64,000 bases of DNA from a virus: the IMG/VR virus record IMGVR_UViG_3300021093_000006. One strand, given 5' to 3'. The notes under the pieces were generated by a model. The model worked only from the letters and a program-made list of their open reading frames with translations, had not been told where the DNA came from and did not search any database. Both the position numbers and the translations under genes were made by a program. Of this stretch, positions 1-8,934 are shown one piece after another. Position 1 is the first letter of the stretch, and every line of letters begins with the position of its first letter.

Positions 1-558
1 ATTAATCATATGTAAACAAAAATCTACTTTTTGTCCAAAATAACCTTTTACCGATAAATTAAATACAGGGTAAGGCATTTTAAAAAATATACTATATGGT
101 GATAATCTGTCTTCATCTTTAATTACGTCAAATAATGCACCACCCCTCACATCTGTAAATGTGATATCCACAGTAGGTACTAAACTAGAATTGTATTTAA
201 TATCTATAGATTTTATACCAAAACCTTCTAACACACCAGCACTTTTAGTGTCTGAAGCATTAAAACCACCTATGTTAGTCCAATCTGTAGTTGCATATGT
301 TTTTTGTAAAGGAGGATCAAGCTTACCTGTTTTATAATCATATTTTATTTTAGTTGAGATGAAGTGTACCTCATCCTCAATACCATTATTAAAATTAATG
401 GCATTACCTTCCAATGTTTGTCCACCATACGTAACTCTACTTCTAGGATAGGCAGAAAATTTAACATAAATGAATAAATCTTCTGGTGGAACTATCTCCA
501 TACCTGGCGGGTTTGGATCTACAATAAACGCTTTTCCAACTTTTTCAACTTTAGCCAT
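1..558 (-). CDS. Probable baseplate hub protein, N-terminal part (runs off the left edge)
   Basis: Not in the ORF track. Manually translated open frame from ATG at 558: MAKVEKVGKAFIVDPN...GFGIKSIDIKYNSSLVPTVDITFTDVRGGALF...PYPVFNLSVKGYFG. Sits directly downstream of the wedge/hub genes. Confidence 0.5.
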   Translation of the reverse strand, partial: MAKVEKVGKAFIVDPNPPGMEIVPPEDLFIYVKFSAYPRSRVTYGGQTLEGNAINFNNGIEDEVHFISTKIKYDYKTGKLDPPLQKTYATTDWTNIGGFNASDTKSAGVLEGFGIKSIDIKYNSSLVPTVDITFTDVRGGALFDVIKDEDRLSPYSIFFKMPYPVFNLSVKGYFGQKVDFCLHMIN

Positions 559-564
559 TAAATT

Positions 565-891
565 TTACTTTTTGATATAATAATTAATATATTTTTGAGT
601 TTCATCTATATACTGTTGTATACTGTCTCTAAATGGAAAAGGTATTCTTATAATTTCACCATCAGGTATATTTTCTTCCACACCACCGTATTGTGGATTT
701 GCCAACATTATTAACCATCCATGATAAGGATTATTGTAATATTTTTGACTTAATTTATCTAATCTAGAAAATTGTGATTCATAAACCACACTTTTATCAG
801 ATCCTTTAGGTGGAATACCTATATAAGGTAAAGGTAAATATTTACCATCAAATTTAAAACTCTGATATCTATCAAAATATTCTTTTCCCAT
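565..891 (-). CDS. LysM-like baseplate wedge protein (T4 gp53 / P2 gpX-like)
   Basis: RLDKLSQKYYNNPYHGWLIMLANP...IPDGEIIRIP is a LysM-type signature; baseplate context. Confidence 0.65.
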   Translation of the reverse strand: MGKEYFDRYQSFKFDGKYLPLPYIGIPPKGSDKSVVYESQFSRLDKLSQKYYNNPYHGWLIMLANPQYGGVEENIPDGEIIRIPFPFRDSIQQYIDETQKYINYYIKK

Positions 892-896
892 TTTTA

Positions 897-3800
897 TTAA
901 TTTAACCCATCTTTAGTGATAGTAAATGATTTATTTGTTGTTGTTGTTTTTTTATTTTTAGATAAGTAAGCAGTTACAGTAACTTTATCCGAAACACTTG
1001 ATTTATATTTTTCTAAATCTTTCTCTTTTTGTTTTAAATCATTTTCTGCTTTTCTAATTTCTGAATTAGATACCGATGAAGGATATAATTGTTTTTCAGC
1101 TATTAAAGTATCTAAAAAATTCTTAGAGTCCGTAACCGCAGTTTCTAAGTCTTCTAATGTTTTAAAATCCATTATTTTACCTTCGAATTTAGGGAATATT
1201 GCGACATCAAAAACATCTGTTTCGATAAAAGATTCTGAATTATCTCCAGTTATTTCTTCTTTAGAATTTCCTACTTCTACAATTAATACTATTTTATTAT
1301 TTTCTTCTGTTTTTCCATCTATTTCTTGTTCCGCCGCAGGTTTACCATTTTTTGTTTTAACAATAATAGATTGACCATCTTTTTTAGAAATTTCTAAAAC
1401 TCCAGTATTTTCAGTATTTTTTTCACTGTTTTCATTTTTTTCGTTTTCTTTTTCTTGATCAATAATACCTTCTTTCTTTAAACTATTTATATACTTATTT
1501 AAATTTTCTTCCCCTACTAATTTTTTTTTAAATTCACCTAATTTTATACCGTCTACAACTTTTCCTGTTGAATCGTCTATACTGTCTGATCTAACATCAT
1601 ACATTTCAGTATTTGCATAATAATTAAATGAAACTGCGTTTTGTAACCTATTAAGTGGACCAACTAATGAATGACCACCAATATAATCGATAGATAAAGA
1701 TACTGTTGCAATCATTGGTTGAACCCCTATACCTTCGGGATTAATATCCCATTGAGGCCCGTCATAAGTTATTGATAAACTATTAATGGCAATTTTTGTA
1801 TGAAAAAAATCTCCTATACGTAATATACAAATAGGTGGTCTACCAAAAGATAGATTTTGTGGTTGAACCCCAACTTCTGTACCGTCCTTCAAAGTTTTTT
1901 TGTCATATATACTAGGACCCTGCCTCATACATTGATTTAAGAATGTTAATCTACTATTAAAACCTTCTGGTGTAATACTATGGAATCCTGGATGAAAATA
2001 TTTTATTTTTTGTGAAATATATCTAAAATAATTAGGATAATTTTCATCTATAAAATCAAAATATACATTTTCATCTATAATCAAATTATCGATTAATCTT
2101 ATATCTTCAGGATTAAAAGAACTTTCACCATCTTTCTCTTCTTCCTTAACCCCCAAATCTTTAGAGTTTTCTGTATCATTTTCCATAACAACCGCAACTC
2201 TATAATCATTTTCAGTGTCATTAGATGTTGCGATATTTCCTTTTACTTCCCAACTAATATTTAAAATTAATTTTGGATCTATTCCAGAAGATTGTAACTT
2301 ACTTTCAATTTCAGATTTGACTTTATCTGCAAAACTTTTACTTAAATCTTTTCCATCTGTAATTGTTTCACCTAACAAGTTTTCAGTTGATCCATTACCG
2401 ACCCAACCATTCAATGTTATTTTTACTTTTGGGTTTGTATTATTACTTTGTTTTTCTAAAAAAGTTTTAATCTGACTTACTATTGTATTTATATCAGGTT
2501 CAGATGGAGTTCGTTTAGCTTTACAATTTTCAGTCGCATCATTACATTCAACATCCTGTATTAATTTAACATCACCTTTATCAGTATCTTTTTCAACATC
2601 TACTCTTTTTTGAGGTTCTTTTTCTTTTATTTTCTTTTTAATTTCTTCTAAATCAGATTGAGGTACTGCACATTCTAACGCCCTTAAAAATTCTTCAGGT
2701 GTGGCACACCCAGCAAAAAATCTTTCAGTAAGATTTGTAGAATTTCCTCTATAACAATTAATAACTCTAGGATGATCCACAATTATTTTAAAACCTAATG
2801 AACCTGACCTACTAGAATTATTATAAGTAAATACAGGTTCACTTCTACCTATAAATTCATTTTTAGTCCAATTTGCAGAAGTACTATCATCAAAAGTTAA
2901 CTCATATGGTGGAAACCACATTATTCTACCTTTTGTACCACTTAAAATATCTCCAGGACCAATTTCACTTAAAGGTAAATCTGCCAAATTATCTGCCCAA
3001 GCTAAATTTTCGATAGATAACATAAACTTTTTACGTGTTGTTGAAGAATCTAATATTGTGGGATGATACTTGGGAATACCATTTTCCATTAAAACGCTTT
3101 GAGATGCCCTATCTTTACTTACAGAAAAACCTTGTAAATCTACACTTGGTGAACTAAATAAACCAGTATTTCTTATTGCGTTTGCATAACTATATCTATC
3201 ATTAACAGTCCAAACTCTACAAAAATTACCATTACCATCTATATCTATTAAATCTATAGTTTTAATTGCGTTACCCCTACTTATAATTCTACCTTGTTGT
3301 TTATCTTTAAAATATTTTTTAGTTTGATTAATAAAAACATCGTTCTGATTATTATTAACTAATTGTTGTGTTTTATATAAAAGTGTTTTTTCGTTAAAAT
3401 TTTGTTCACCACCAGTTGCCCAAAAGAATTTATTTGGTTCACCTGATGGTTCACCTATACCTTCTATAGTAGTTCTTTTTGCGTTTCCAGATGTATCAGT
3501 TAATCCATTAAAATCTTCACTTTTGAAAGTTTGAGTTATTAGTTTCCCCCTATTAGTATTTTTTTCTGTACCAATATAATATCTTGCATTTAATCCCGCA
3601 TCTGACGTACCATCCAATCTTCTATCTTCATACAATGGTCGATAATCATTTCTATTCATTAAATTAAATGCGAATGATACTTGTGTAACACTAGTTCTAC
3701 TTAATAATGTATTCATTCTTATTTCAGTAGACATAGTTGGTTCAACACCTTCTTTTAAATCTAAATCTGATTTTAATAATTCATCACCTGATTTAACACT

Positions 3801-4505
3801 ACTATTATATTCATTCCACCCAATTGCATTATTAGGTAATGTATTGAAGAATTGATCATTACCCCTTAATCTATTAACATAGTTATCTACTATATTACCA
3901 ACTGGTTCTGTAATGTATCCTGTTTTTTTATTAGAATTACCTGTTTCTTCTGAAACTTGTGCAATTTTATCTATTATAGTTTTTTCTAATTGTTGACCAC
4001 CTAACAATCCTAATGAACTTTCTCTTTGAAAATTCAAAGATTTATATGTATCAATAACATTAAATGGAAACTTTACTCCTTTTTGATCACCTTTGTTTAC
4101 TAAAAAAAATTGTTCTTGATTATACGATGAAGGATAATCATCTCTTACCTTTTCACCAAAACCTTCAGGTAGTGGATAACCTAAATTAGGTGGAATAGTT
4201 AATTCATAAACTTCATATTGTTCATCTTGTGGAATAAATCTGTTTAGATTAACATTTTGTGTTGTTCTATAAAATGTACCTAAAGGAAATAGTTTTTCAT
4301 TTTCATTATAATGAACTGGTATATTCTCATTTGCAGTACCATTTACAGGTACATTAATAACTTTACCAATATCATTTAAAAATGAAGTTAATCCTGCCTG
4401 AGTTAAAGTTTGATTTACAGGTGGTGGTAAATTTCTACTTAATAAACTATTCCTAAATTCTTGTGTAGAAAAAATACCTTTATTGTAATCTAATATTCCT
4501 GCCAT
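897..4505 (-). CDS. Large baseplate hub / tail-tube-initiator-like protein with inserted domains
   Basis: Tube-initiator-like segments FPPYELTFDDSTSANW...FIGRSEPVFTYNNSSRSGSLGFKIIVDHP and PPICILRIGDFFHTKIAINSLSITYD; lies between the tape measure and wedge genes. Confidence 0.55.
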   Translation of the reverse strand: MAGILDYNKGIFSTQEFRNSLLSRNLPPPVNQTLTQAGLTSFLNDIGKVINVPVNGTANENIPVHYNENEKLFPLGTFYRTTQNVNLNRFIPQDEQYEVYELTIPPNLGYPLPEGFGEKVRDDYPSSYNQEQFFLVNKGDQKGVKFPFNVIDTYKSLNFQRESSLGLLGGQQLEKTIIDKIAQVSEETGNSNKKTGYITEPVGNIVDNYVNRLRGNDQFFNTLPNNAIGWNEYNSSVKSGDELLKSDLDLKEGVEPTMSTEIRMNTLLSRTSVTQVSFAFNLMNRNDYRPLYEDRRLDGTSDAGLNARYYIGTEKNTNRGKLITQTFKSEDFNGLTDTSGNAKRTTIEGIGEPSGEPNKFFWATGGEQNFNEKTLLYKTQQLVNNNQNDVFINQTKKYFKDKQQGRIISRGNAIKTIDLIDIDGNGNFCRVWTVNDRYSYANAIRNTGLFSSPSVDLQGFSVSKDRASQSVLMENGIPKYHPTILDSSTTRKKFMLSIENLAWADNLADLPLSEIGPGDILSGTKGRIMWFPPYELTFDDSTSANWTKNEFIGRSEPVFTYNNSSRSGSLGFKIIVDHPRVINCYRGNSTNLTERFFAGCATPEEFLRALECAVPQSDLEEIKKKIKEKEPQKRVDVEKDTDKGDVKLIQDVECNDATENCKAKRTPSEPDINTIVSQIKTFLEKQSNNTNPKVKITLNGWVGNGSTENLLGETITDGKDLSKSFADKVKSEIESKLQSSGIDPKLILNISWEVKGNIATSNDTENDYRVAVVMENDTENSKDLGVKEEEKDGESSFNPEDIRLIDNLIIDENVYFDFIDENYPNYFRYISQKIKYFHPGFHSITPEGFNSRLTFLNQCMRQGPSIYDKKTLKDGTEVGVQPQNLSFGRPPICILRIGDFFHTKIAINSLSITYDGPQWDINPEGIGVQPMIATVSLSIDYIGGHSLVGPLNRLQNAVSFNYYANTEMYDVRSDSIDDSTGKVVDGIKLGEFKKKLVGEENLNKYINSLKKEGIIDQEKENEKNENSEKNTENTGVLEISKKDGQSIIVKTKNGKPAAEQEIDGKTEENNKIVLIVEVGNSKEEITGDNSESFIETDVFDVAIFPKFEGKIMDFKTLEDLETAVTDSKNFLDTLIAEKQLYPSSVSNSEIRKAENDLKQKEKDLEKYKSSVSDKVTVTAYLSKNKKTTTTNKSFTITKDGLN

Positions 4506-4524
4506 ATATAATATTTTCTTATTA

Positions 4525-4533
4525 TATAAATAT
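4525..4533 (-). promoter_or_regulatory. Putative late promoter ATATTTATA
   Basis: Motif 19 nt upstream of the ATG at 4505; recurs before structural genes. Confidence 0.55.
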
Positions 4534-4636
4534 TAGATCAATAAAATTCTGGATAATTAAATAATATTATTTATATTTGTTCTTGTTTTAATATAAAATA
4601 TATATTATTATTTACTTGTATTTGCAGGTTCTTGTA

Positions 4637-4665
4637 ATAATAGGAAATTTATTTTGTAAAGTCAA
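4637..4665 (-). promoter_or_regulatory. sigma70-like promoter match TTGACT-N17-TATTAT
   Basis: Exact 17-nt spacing on the minus strand in the intergenic region; AT-rich context makes a chance match possible. Confidence 0.3.
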
Positions 4666-4700
4666 TAGTAAATTAAAAAAAAAATAAAAAATTTTTTATT

Positions 4701-6773
4701 TTATCCCATATAATCAGTTGTTTCTTTACTTGAAGGTACTCCGCCATTCCTAAATGTACCATTTAAATGTGAAATTATAGTTTTTACTATTTGTGGTTTT
4801 ATAGATTCCATATCGATATTTTTAGAAGACCCATCTGGTGAAGTTATTTCTATTTTTCCTGATATATCTATTTTACCAAATTCTATTTTTGAAGTCATTG
4901 AAGTGGTTTCGGGTATTGTTAAACTTTTATCCATTAATTTATCTAAAGGTCCACCTTTTTTTGCACCAATAATATCATCTTCGTTAGAAAAACTTGTAAT
5001 TTCTCCTGAAGATCTTAACATAAAATCCCCATGATATGGATCCGCACCACCAGTATTTCCTTTTCCTGAACCACCACCTATTGCATGAAAAGTCTCTTCA
5101 AGTTTCTTACTACTAATTACTAAATCACCAAAAGTTGTTATAACTTTATCTTTAATTTGATTTTTTAAATTATCCATTTCAGTCATAGCATCATCTATAA
5201 CACTTTTTTCATCTCCAGAATTTTTAAACATATCATCGATGAAAGATTTACTATTATCTATAAAAGTATCTGATAACTTACCAACCCCATCTTTCATGTT
5301 TTGTAAAACAGGTGCAATTTCATCTGCAGTTAATTCATATATATTTGTTAAACCAGCGACTTTATACTTCCCACCCTCTCTCATATTATCAACTTGATCA
5401 GACATTTTTTTAGTATGTGTTGCAATATCTCTAAGACTTTCTTCAGATGTTTGTTGTTCTTTCATAATAGTTTCTGCCATATCATCAGTAATTTGATCTA
5501 AACCCAAATCACCAAATTCTTCAGTTTCTATAACAAATTTACCATCTTTAAATTTAGCTATTGAAGCCAAACTCTCTTTCATTTCATCATCACCTACCGA
5601 TGTAAATTTCATTTTTATGTCCCCAATCTTAGCTGCTTGTCTGGACATTTCAATCATATTATCCACCCCTAAATTCAATTGTTGATCTAATGCCTGAAAT
5701 TGCATTCTAGCTTCTGCTGGTAATTCATATTCACCAGTTTCTTCATTAAATTGAAGCATATTTTCAGTCATTTTAGAAATTCTTTTTGCCAATTCTTCGG
5801 GTTTGTTTCTAGCCTCATACATTAAAGTAAACGGATCACCAAAAGCTTCTGCAATATCACCACCTAAAAGTTGTAATTGAGCTGCAGTCTCTATAGCAGC
5901 ATCTGGTTGATATAATTTATCTGCTAGTTGTAGCATACCTGCCATATCCATTCTCATTTTAACTGCCTGTTTTGCCATTTCAGTCATTCCTTTGACACCA
6001 TTTTTAAAAGAAAATGTTGACATTGTTTTCATATTACTTTGTAATTCTTTTATTACTTTAGTAGCATTTAAACCCATAGATTGTGCAGATTTATAAGTTT
6101 CTAAAACATTTTTTTCCATTTGTTCAGTAGACAAACCCATTAACGAAAAACTATCCGCCATTTGAGCAGCTTCATTAGATTGCATATCCATAGCTTCGGT
6201 TAAAGAAGCAATTCTAATAGCGTCTTCACTAGTTAAATTACTCATTCTACCTGTGGCTTCACTTATTTCTGTGAATATTGTAGATAATGAAGATGCTTCC
6301 ATACCCATTTCTGCAATTGCTGGCATAGCACCTTTAAAACTATTTTCCATGAATTTAGCACCTTTTCCAGTCATACCTATATCCACACCAATTTTTTTGT
6401 ATACTTCAGCCATTTTTTCGGCATATTCATATTGTTTTTTTGAATTGGTTAAAAACTCTCTAAAATCATTACCAGCGGCAGCGATTTGGTTATACATATA
6501 ACCAGTTGCGGTATTTATATTTTTAAGATTCCCTAAAAGTTCTTTTGATTGTTTTACTAATTTAGCAGTAACTTTTTCTTCCTCCTTAATAATTTCTCCT
6601 TTTTCAATGAGTAGTTCTCTTGTCTTCTCAAGTTTTTTTATTTCTTCTTCGTATTTTTTTATTTCTTCTCTATCTGCTTCTGAAGAAATATCTGAATCTT
6701 TAGCGAACACTTTTAATTGATCAACTAATTTTTCTAATTGTTGTTGTAAATCTTTACCCTTATCTCCTCCCAT
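4701..6773 (-). CDS. Probable tape measure protein
   Basis: 690 aa, helical, Ala/Met/Gln-rich with the QLQLLGGD...DPFTLM motif; located between the chaperone region and the baseplate hub. Confidence 0.6.
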   Translation of the reverse strand: MGGDKGKDLQQQLEKLVDQLKVFAKDSDISSEADREEIKKYEEEIKKLEKTRELLIEKGEIIKEEEKVTAKLVKQSKELLGNLKNINTATGYMYNQIAAAGNDFREFLTNSKKQYEYAEKMAEVYKKIGVDIGMTGKGAKFMENSFKGAMPAIAEMGMEASSLSTIFTEISEATGRMSNLTSEDAIRIASLTEAMDMQSNEAAQMADSFSLMGLSTEQMEKNVLETYKSAQSMGLNATKVIKELQSNMKTMSTFSFKNGVKGMTEMAKQAVKMRMDMAGMLQLADKLYQPDAAIETAAQLQLLGGDIAEAFGDPFTLMYEARNKPEELAKRISKMTENMLQFNEETGEYELPAEARMQFQALDQQLNLGVDNMIEMSRQAAKIGDIKMKFTSVGDDEMKESLASIAKFKDGKFVIETEEFGDLGLDQITDDMAETIMKEQQTSEESLRDIATHTKKMSDQVDNMREGGKYKVAGLTNIYELTADEIAPVLQNMKDGVGKLSDTFIDNSKSFIDDMFKNSGDEKSVIDDAMTEMDNLKNQIKDKVITTFGDLVISSKKLEETFHAIGGGSGKGNTGGADPYHGDFMLRSSGEITSFSNEDDIIGAKKGGPLDKLMDKSLTIPETTSMTSKIEFGKIDISGKIEITSPDGSSKNIDMESIKPQIVKTIISHLNGTFRNGGVPSSKETTDYMG

Positions 6774-6774
6774 T

Positions 6775-7926
6775 TTAATTATCTATATATTCTAATATTT
6801 TACCACTCCAAACAGTTTTAATATTACTAATAGAACCGTCAGCGTTAACAACCCAAAAAGCGTTGTTTCCTTGTGCTTTTTTTACCTTTTCAGTGTCAAA
6901 CCCCATAATATATCTATTAGTTGTACCTTCTTTTTGTACTAAAACTGTATCACCTCTTTCTCCATAAGTTTTTAATATTTCAAATTTTACAACCTGATCA
7001 TCATTATATAATGTTGTAGTAGATCCACCACCACCAGGACTATATGTTACATCACCATTAAACTTAATTAACATGTAATCGTGAAGAACTATTTTTTCAC
7101 CAACAGATTTATTACTTGAATAATCTTTATACTTTTCGGTTTCTTTATTATAACCTTTTATTTTATAAAATTGTTGTAAATCACTAATCATATCATCTAT
7201 TAAACTTTCTGCATCCTCATACCAATCTTCTAATTGTGAACAAGATAAAGAGGTTTTATCCCTATCATCTTTCTCAATTATATATTTACCATATTTATTT
7301 TCACAATAATCCCAAGTAGATAATAAATCTTCTTGAATTTGTTCTGGTTGATCAGCAATTGAGGCTTTATATACATTTATATCCGCTTTACCACTATCCT
7401 CTTCTACATTATCATCAAATATTGTTAAACAATAACATCTACTATGTTCTACTTTTTTTCCATATCTTTCGGCATATTTTTTCATTTGTAATGCCGCACT
7501 AGCAACTTTTTTAATTCTACTTATTTGTCTAGGACCATATTTTAATACTTTCCCAGCAACTCTTATAGTTGTCCCCCTAGCTAATACAATTTTTTCTAAA
7601 TCTTCTGCACTTATTTCATCACTAGATAAAAAATCTAAAAGTCCATCATCAGTCATAGATTCCATATCAACCACCTCTATTTCTATTTCATCACCTACTT
7701 TTACGTCACTTTTATATTCTTTAGCATCTTTTAATTCAATATAAAATTCAGTATCAGTGTTAGGAGGTAATTGATCATCTTCAACTACCGTAAACTTTTG
7801 TTTTTTTGTTTTGACTTCTCCATTAGAATCTGGTGTAACAATTATACCTTCACCTAAAAGATTATCAATAGACTCAGACATTAAATATAGTATGTCTAAA
7901 ATTTTTCCGTTTTTTTTATATAACAT
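6775..7926 (-). CDS. Hypothetical virion-associated protein with a NusA-N-terminal-like segment
   Basis: 383 aa with its own late motif; segment QKFTVVEDD...FYIELKDAKEYKSDVKVGDEIEIEV resembles the NusA N-terminal domain. Confidence 0.4.
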   Translation of the reverse strand: MLYKKNGKILDILYLMSESIDNLLGEGIIVTPDSNGEVKTKKQKFTVVEDDQLPPNTDTEFYIELKDAKEYKSDVKVGDEIEIEVVDMESMTDDGLLDFLSSDEISAEDLEKIVLARGTTIRVAGKVLKYGPRQISRIKKVASAALQMKKYAERYGKKVEHSRCYCLTIFDDNVEEDSGKADINVYKASIADQPEQIQEDLLSTWDYCENKYGKYIIEKDDRDKTSLSCSQLEDWYEDAESLIDDMISDLQQFYKIKGYNKETEKYKDYSSNKSVGEKIVLHDYMLIKFNGDVTYSPGGGGSTTTLYNDDQVVKFEILKTYGERGDTVLVQKEGTTNRYIMGFDTEKVKKAQGNNAFWVVNADGSISNIKTVWSGKILEYIDN

Positions 7927-7942
7927 GATTTTTCATTTATAA

Positions 7943-7951
7943 TATAAATAT
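7943..7951 (-). promoter_or_regulatory. Putative late promoter ATATTTATA
   Basis: Motif 16 nt upstream of the ATG at 7926. Confidence 0.5.
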
Positions 7952-7969
7952 TATAAAAACTATAAAATT

Positions 7970-8122
7970 TTATTTTTCTTTGTTTGAAATATTTTGTTTA
8001 ATCATTATTTTTCTAGAAAAAGTGGGCATAATCATAATATCTGAATATGTATAACCACCAACTCTAACTAAAAAATTGATTTCTTTATGAAGATAAAGAA
8101 GATATTCAGAGTTCAGGCCAGA
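7970..8122 (-). CDS. Start-less +1/-2 frame extension of the tail assembly chaperone (G-T type / gp51-like)
   Basis: Open frame SGLNSEYLLYLHKEINFLVRVGGYTYSDIMIMPTFSRKIMIKQNISNKEK* overlaps the end of 8106..8879. There is no ATG before the MP motif, and a T6 run lies at 8122-8127. Confidence 0.6.
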   Translation of the reverse strand, partial: SGLNSEYLLYLHKEINFLVRVGGYTYSDIMIMPTFSRKIMIKQNISNKEK

Positions 8123-8879
8123 AAAAAGTCGTGTTGAATCTAAGAAAGGTATCTACGGACTCTCCCCCCTGAGTCCTAGCGGTAGTTTTAAAATCTAATC
8201 CAGGATTTACCTCTTCAATGTATTTCCTTAATGATCTAGAATCAATAATAGGGATTTTTTTTAATATATTAGAAATTTTTATTTTATCCCTTTCACCATC
8301 AATAGATTTAATTTGTTGTTCTAAAGTAAAAATTAATTTATTTGATACCCCATCAGGATTTCTTTTTAAATCTTCTTTTTCTCTAATGTCTATTATTTCT
8401 TCATCTTTACCTGTTAAAAGAGAAAAAGTAACTTTTTTATTTGATTTAGGTAATAAAAATTCAAACTCACCATTTTCATCTGGTCTTATAGTTAATTTTT
8501 TTTGTTGTAGTGACGATAAATTAATTACCCCTTCCTCAAACTCACCAGATTTCGAATTAAATACCAATTGAGTGTATTCTTCACCAAATGCAGTTACTCT
8601 TAAAAAAATCATTAAAGCGGTTCTATCTCCAATAAGTAAATCCGATGAATCAAAACCTAAATCCTTTACTTTTCTTTTAATTAAAATATCTATTATTTTA
8701 CCACCATTAGAAATGTTAGGTGATGTTAGAATAGTCTCATCCATCGCAGTCAAATATTCAACCTTAACAGATTTCTTATTATTCTTATATAAAATTCCTT
8801 GTGAAGGTAATTCTATAATATCATAAGGTGTCCTATATTCTTCAGGAATAAAATCAGGACTTAATTCATTTTCTATCAT
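8106..8879 (-). CDS. Tail/baseplate assembly chaperone (T4 gp26-like)
   Basis: IELPSQGILY...VEYLTAMDETILTS...LLIGDRTALMIFLRVTAFG...FELPKS...C-terminal FFWP pattern typical of this family. Confidence 0.6.
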   Translation of the reverse strand: MIENELSPDFIPEEYRTPYDIIELPSQGILYKNNKKSVKVEYLTAMDETILTSPNISNGGKIIDILIKRKVKDLGFDSSDLLIGDRTALMIFLRVTAFGEEYTQLVFNSKSGEFEEGVINLSSLQQKKLTIRPDENGEFEFLLPKSNKKVTFSLLTGKDEEIIDIREKEDLKRNPDGVSNKLIFTLEQQIKSIDGERDKIKISNILKKIPIIDSRSLRKYIEEVNPGLDFKTTARTQGGESVDTFLRFNTTFFWPEL

Positions 8880-8934
8880 AATATATAATATAAAAAACTT
8901 TTATTTATTGTAAATACTAAAAAATAAAAAAAAA

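Noticed and set aside
4572-4579. Plus-strand TATATTTG (antisense Bacteroidota -7 box)
   Set aside because: No convincing -33 element and no downstream plus-strand ORF; likely chance.
7916-7936. 6-codon upstream ORF (MKNHVI*) overlapping the start at 7926
   Set aside because: Too short; expected by chance in AT-rich DNA and no supporting signal.
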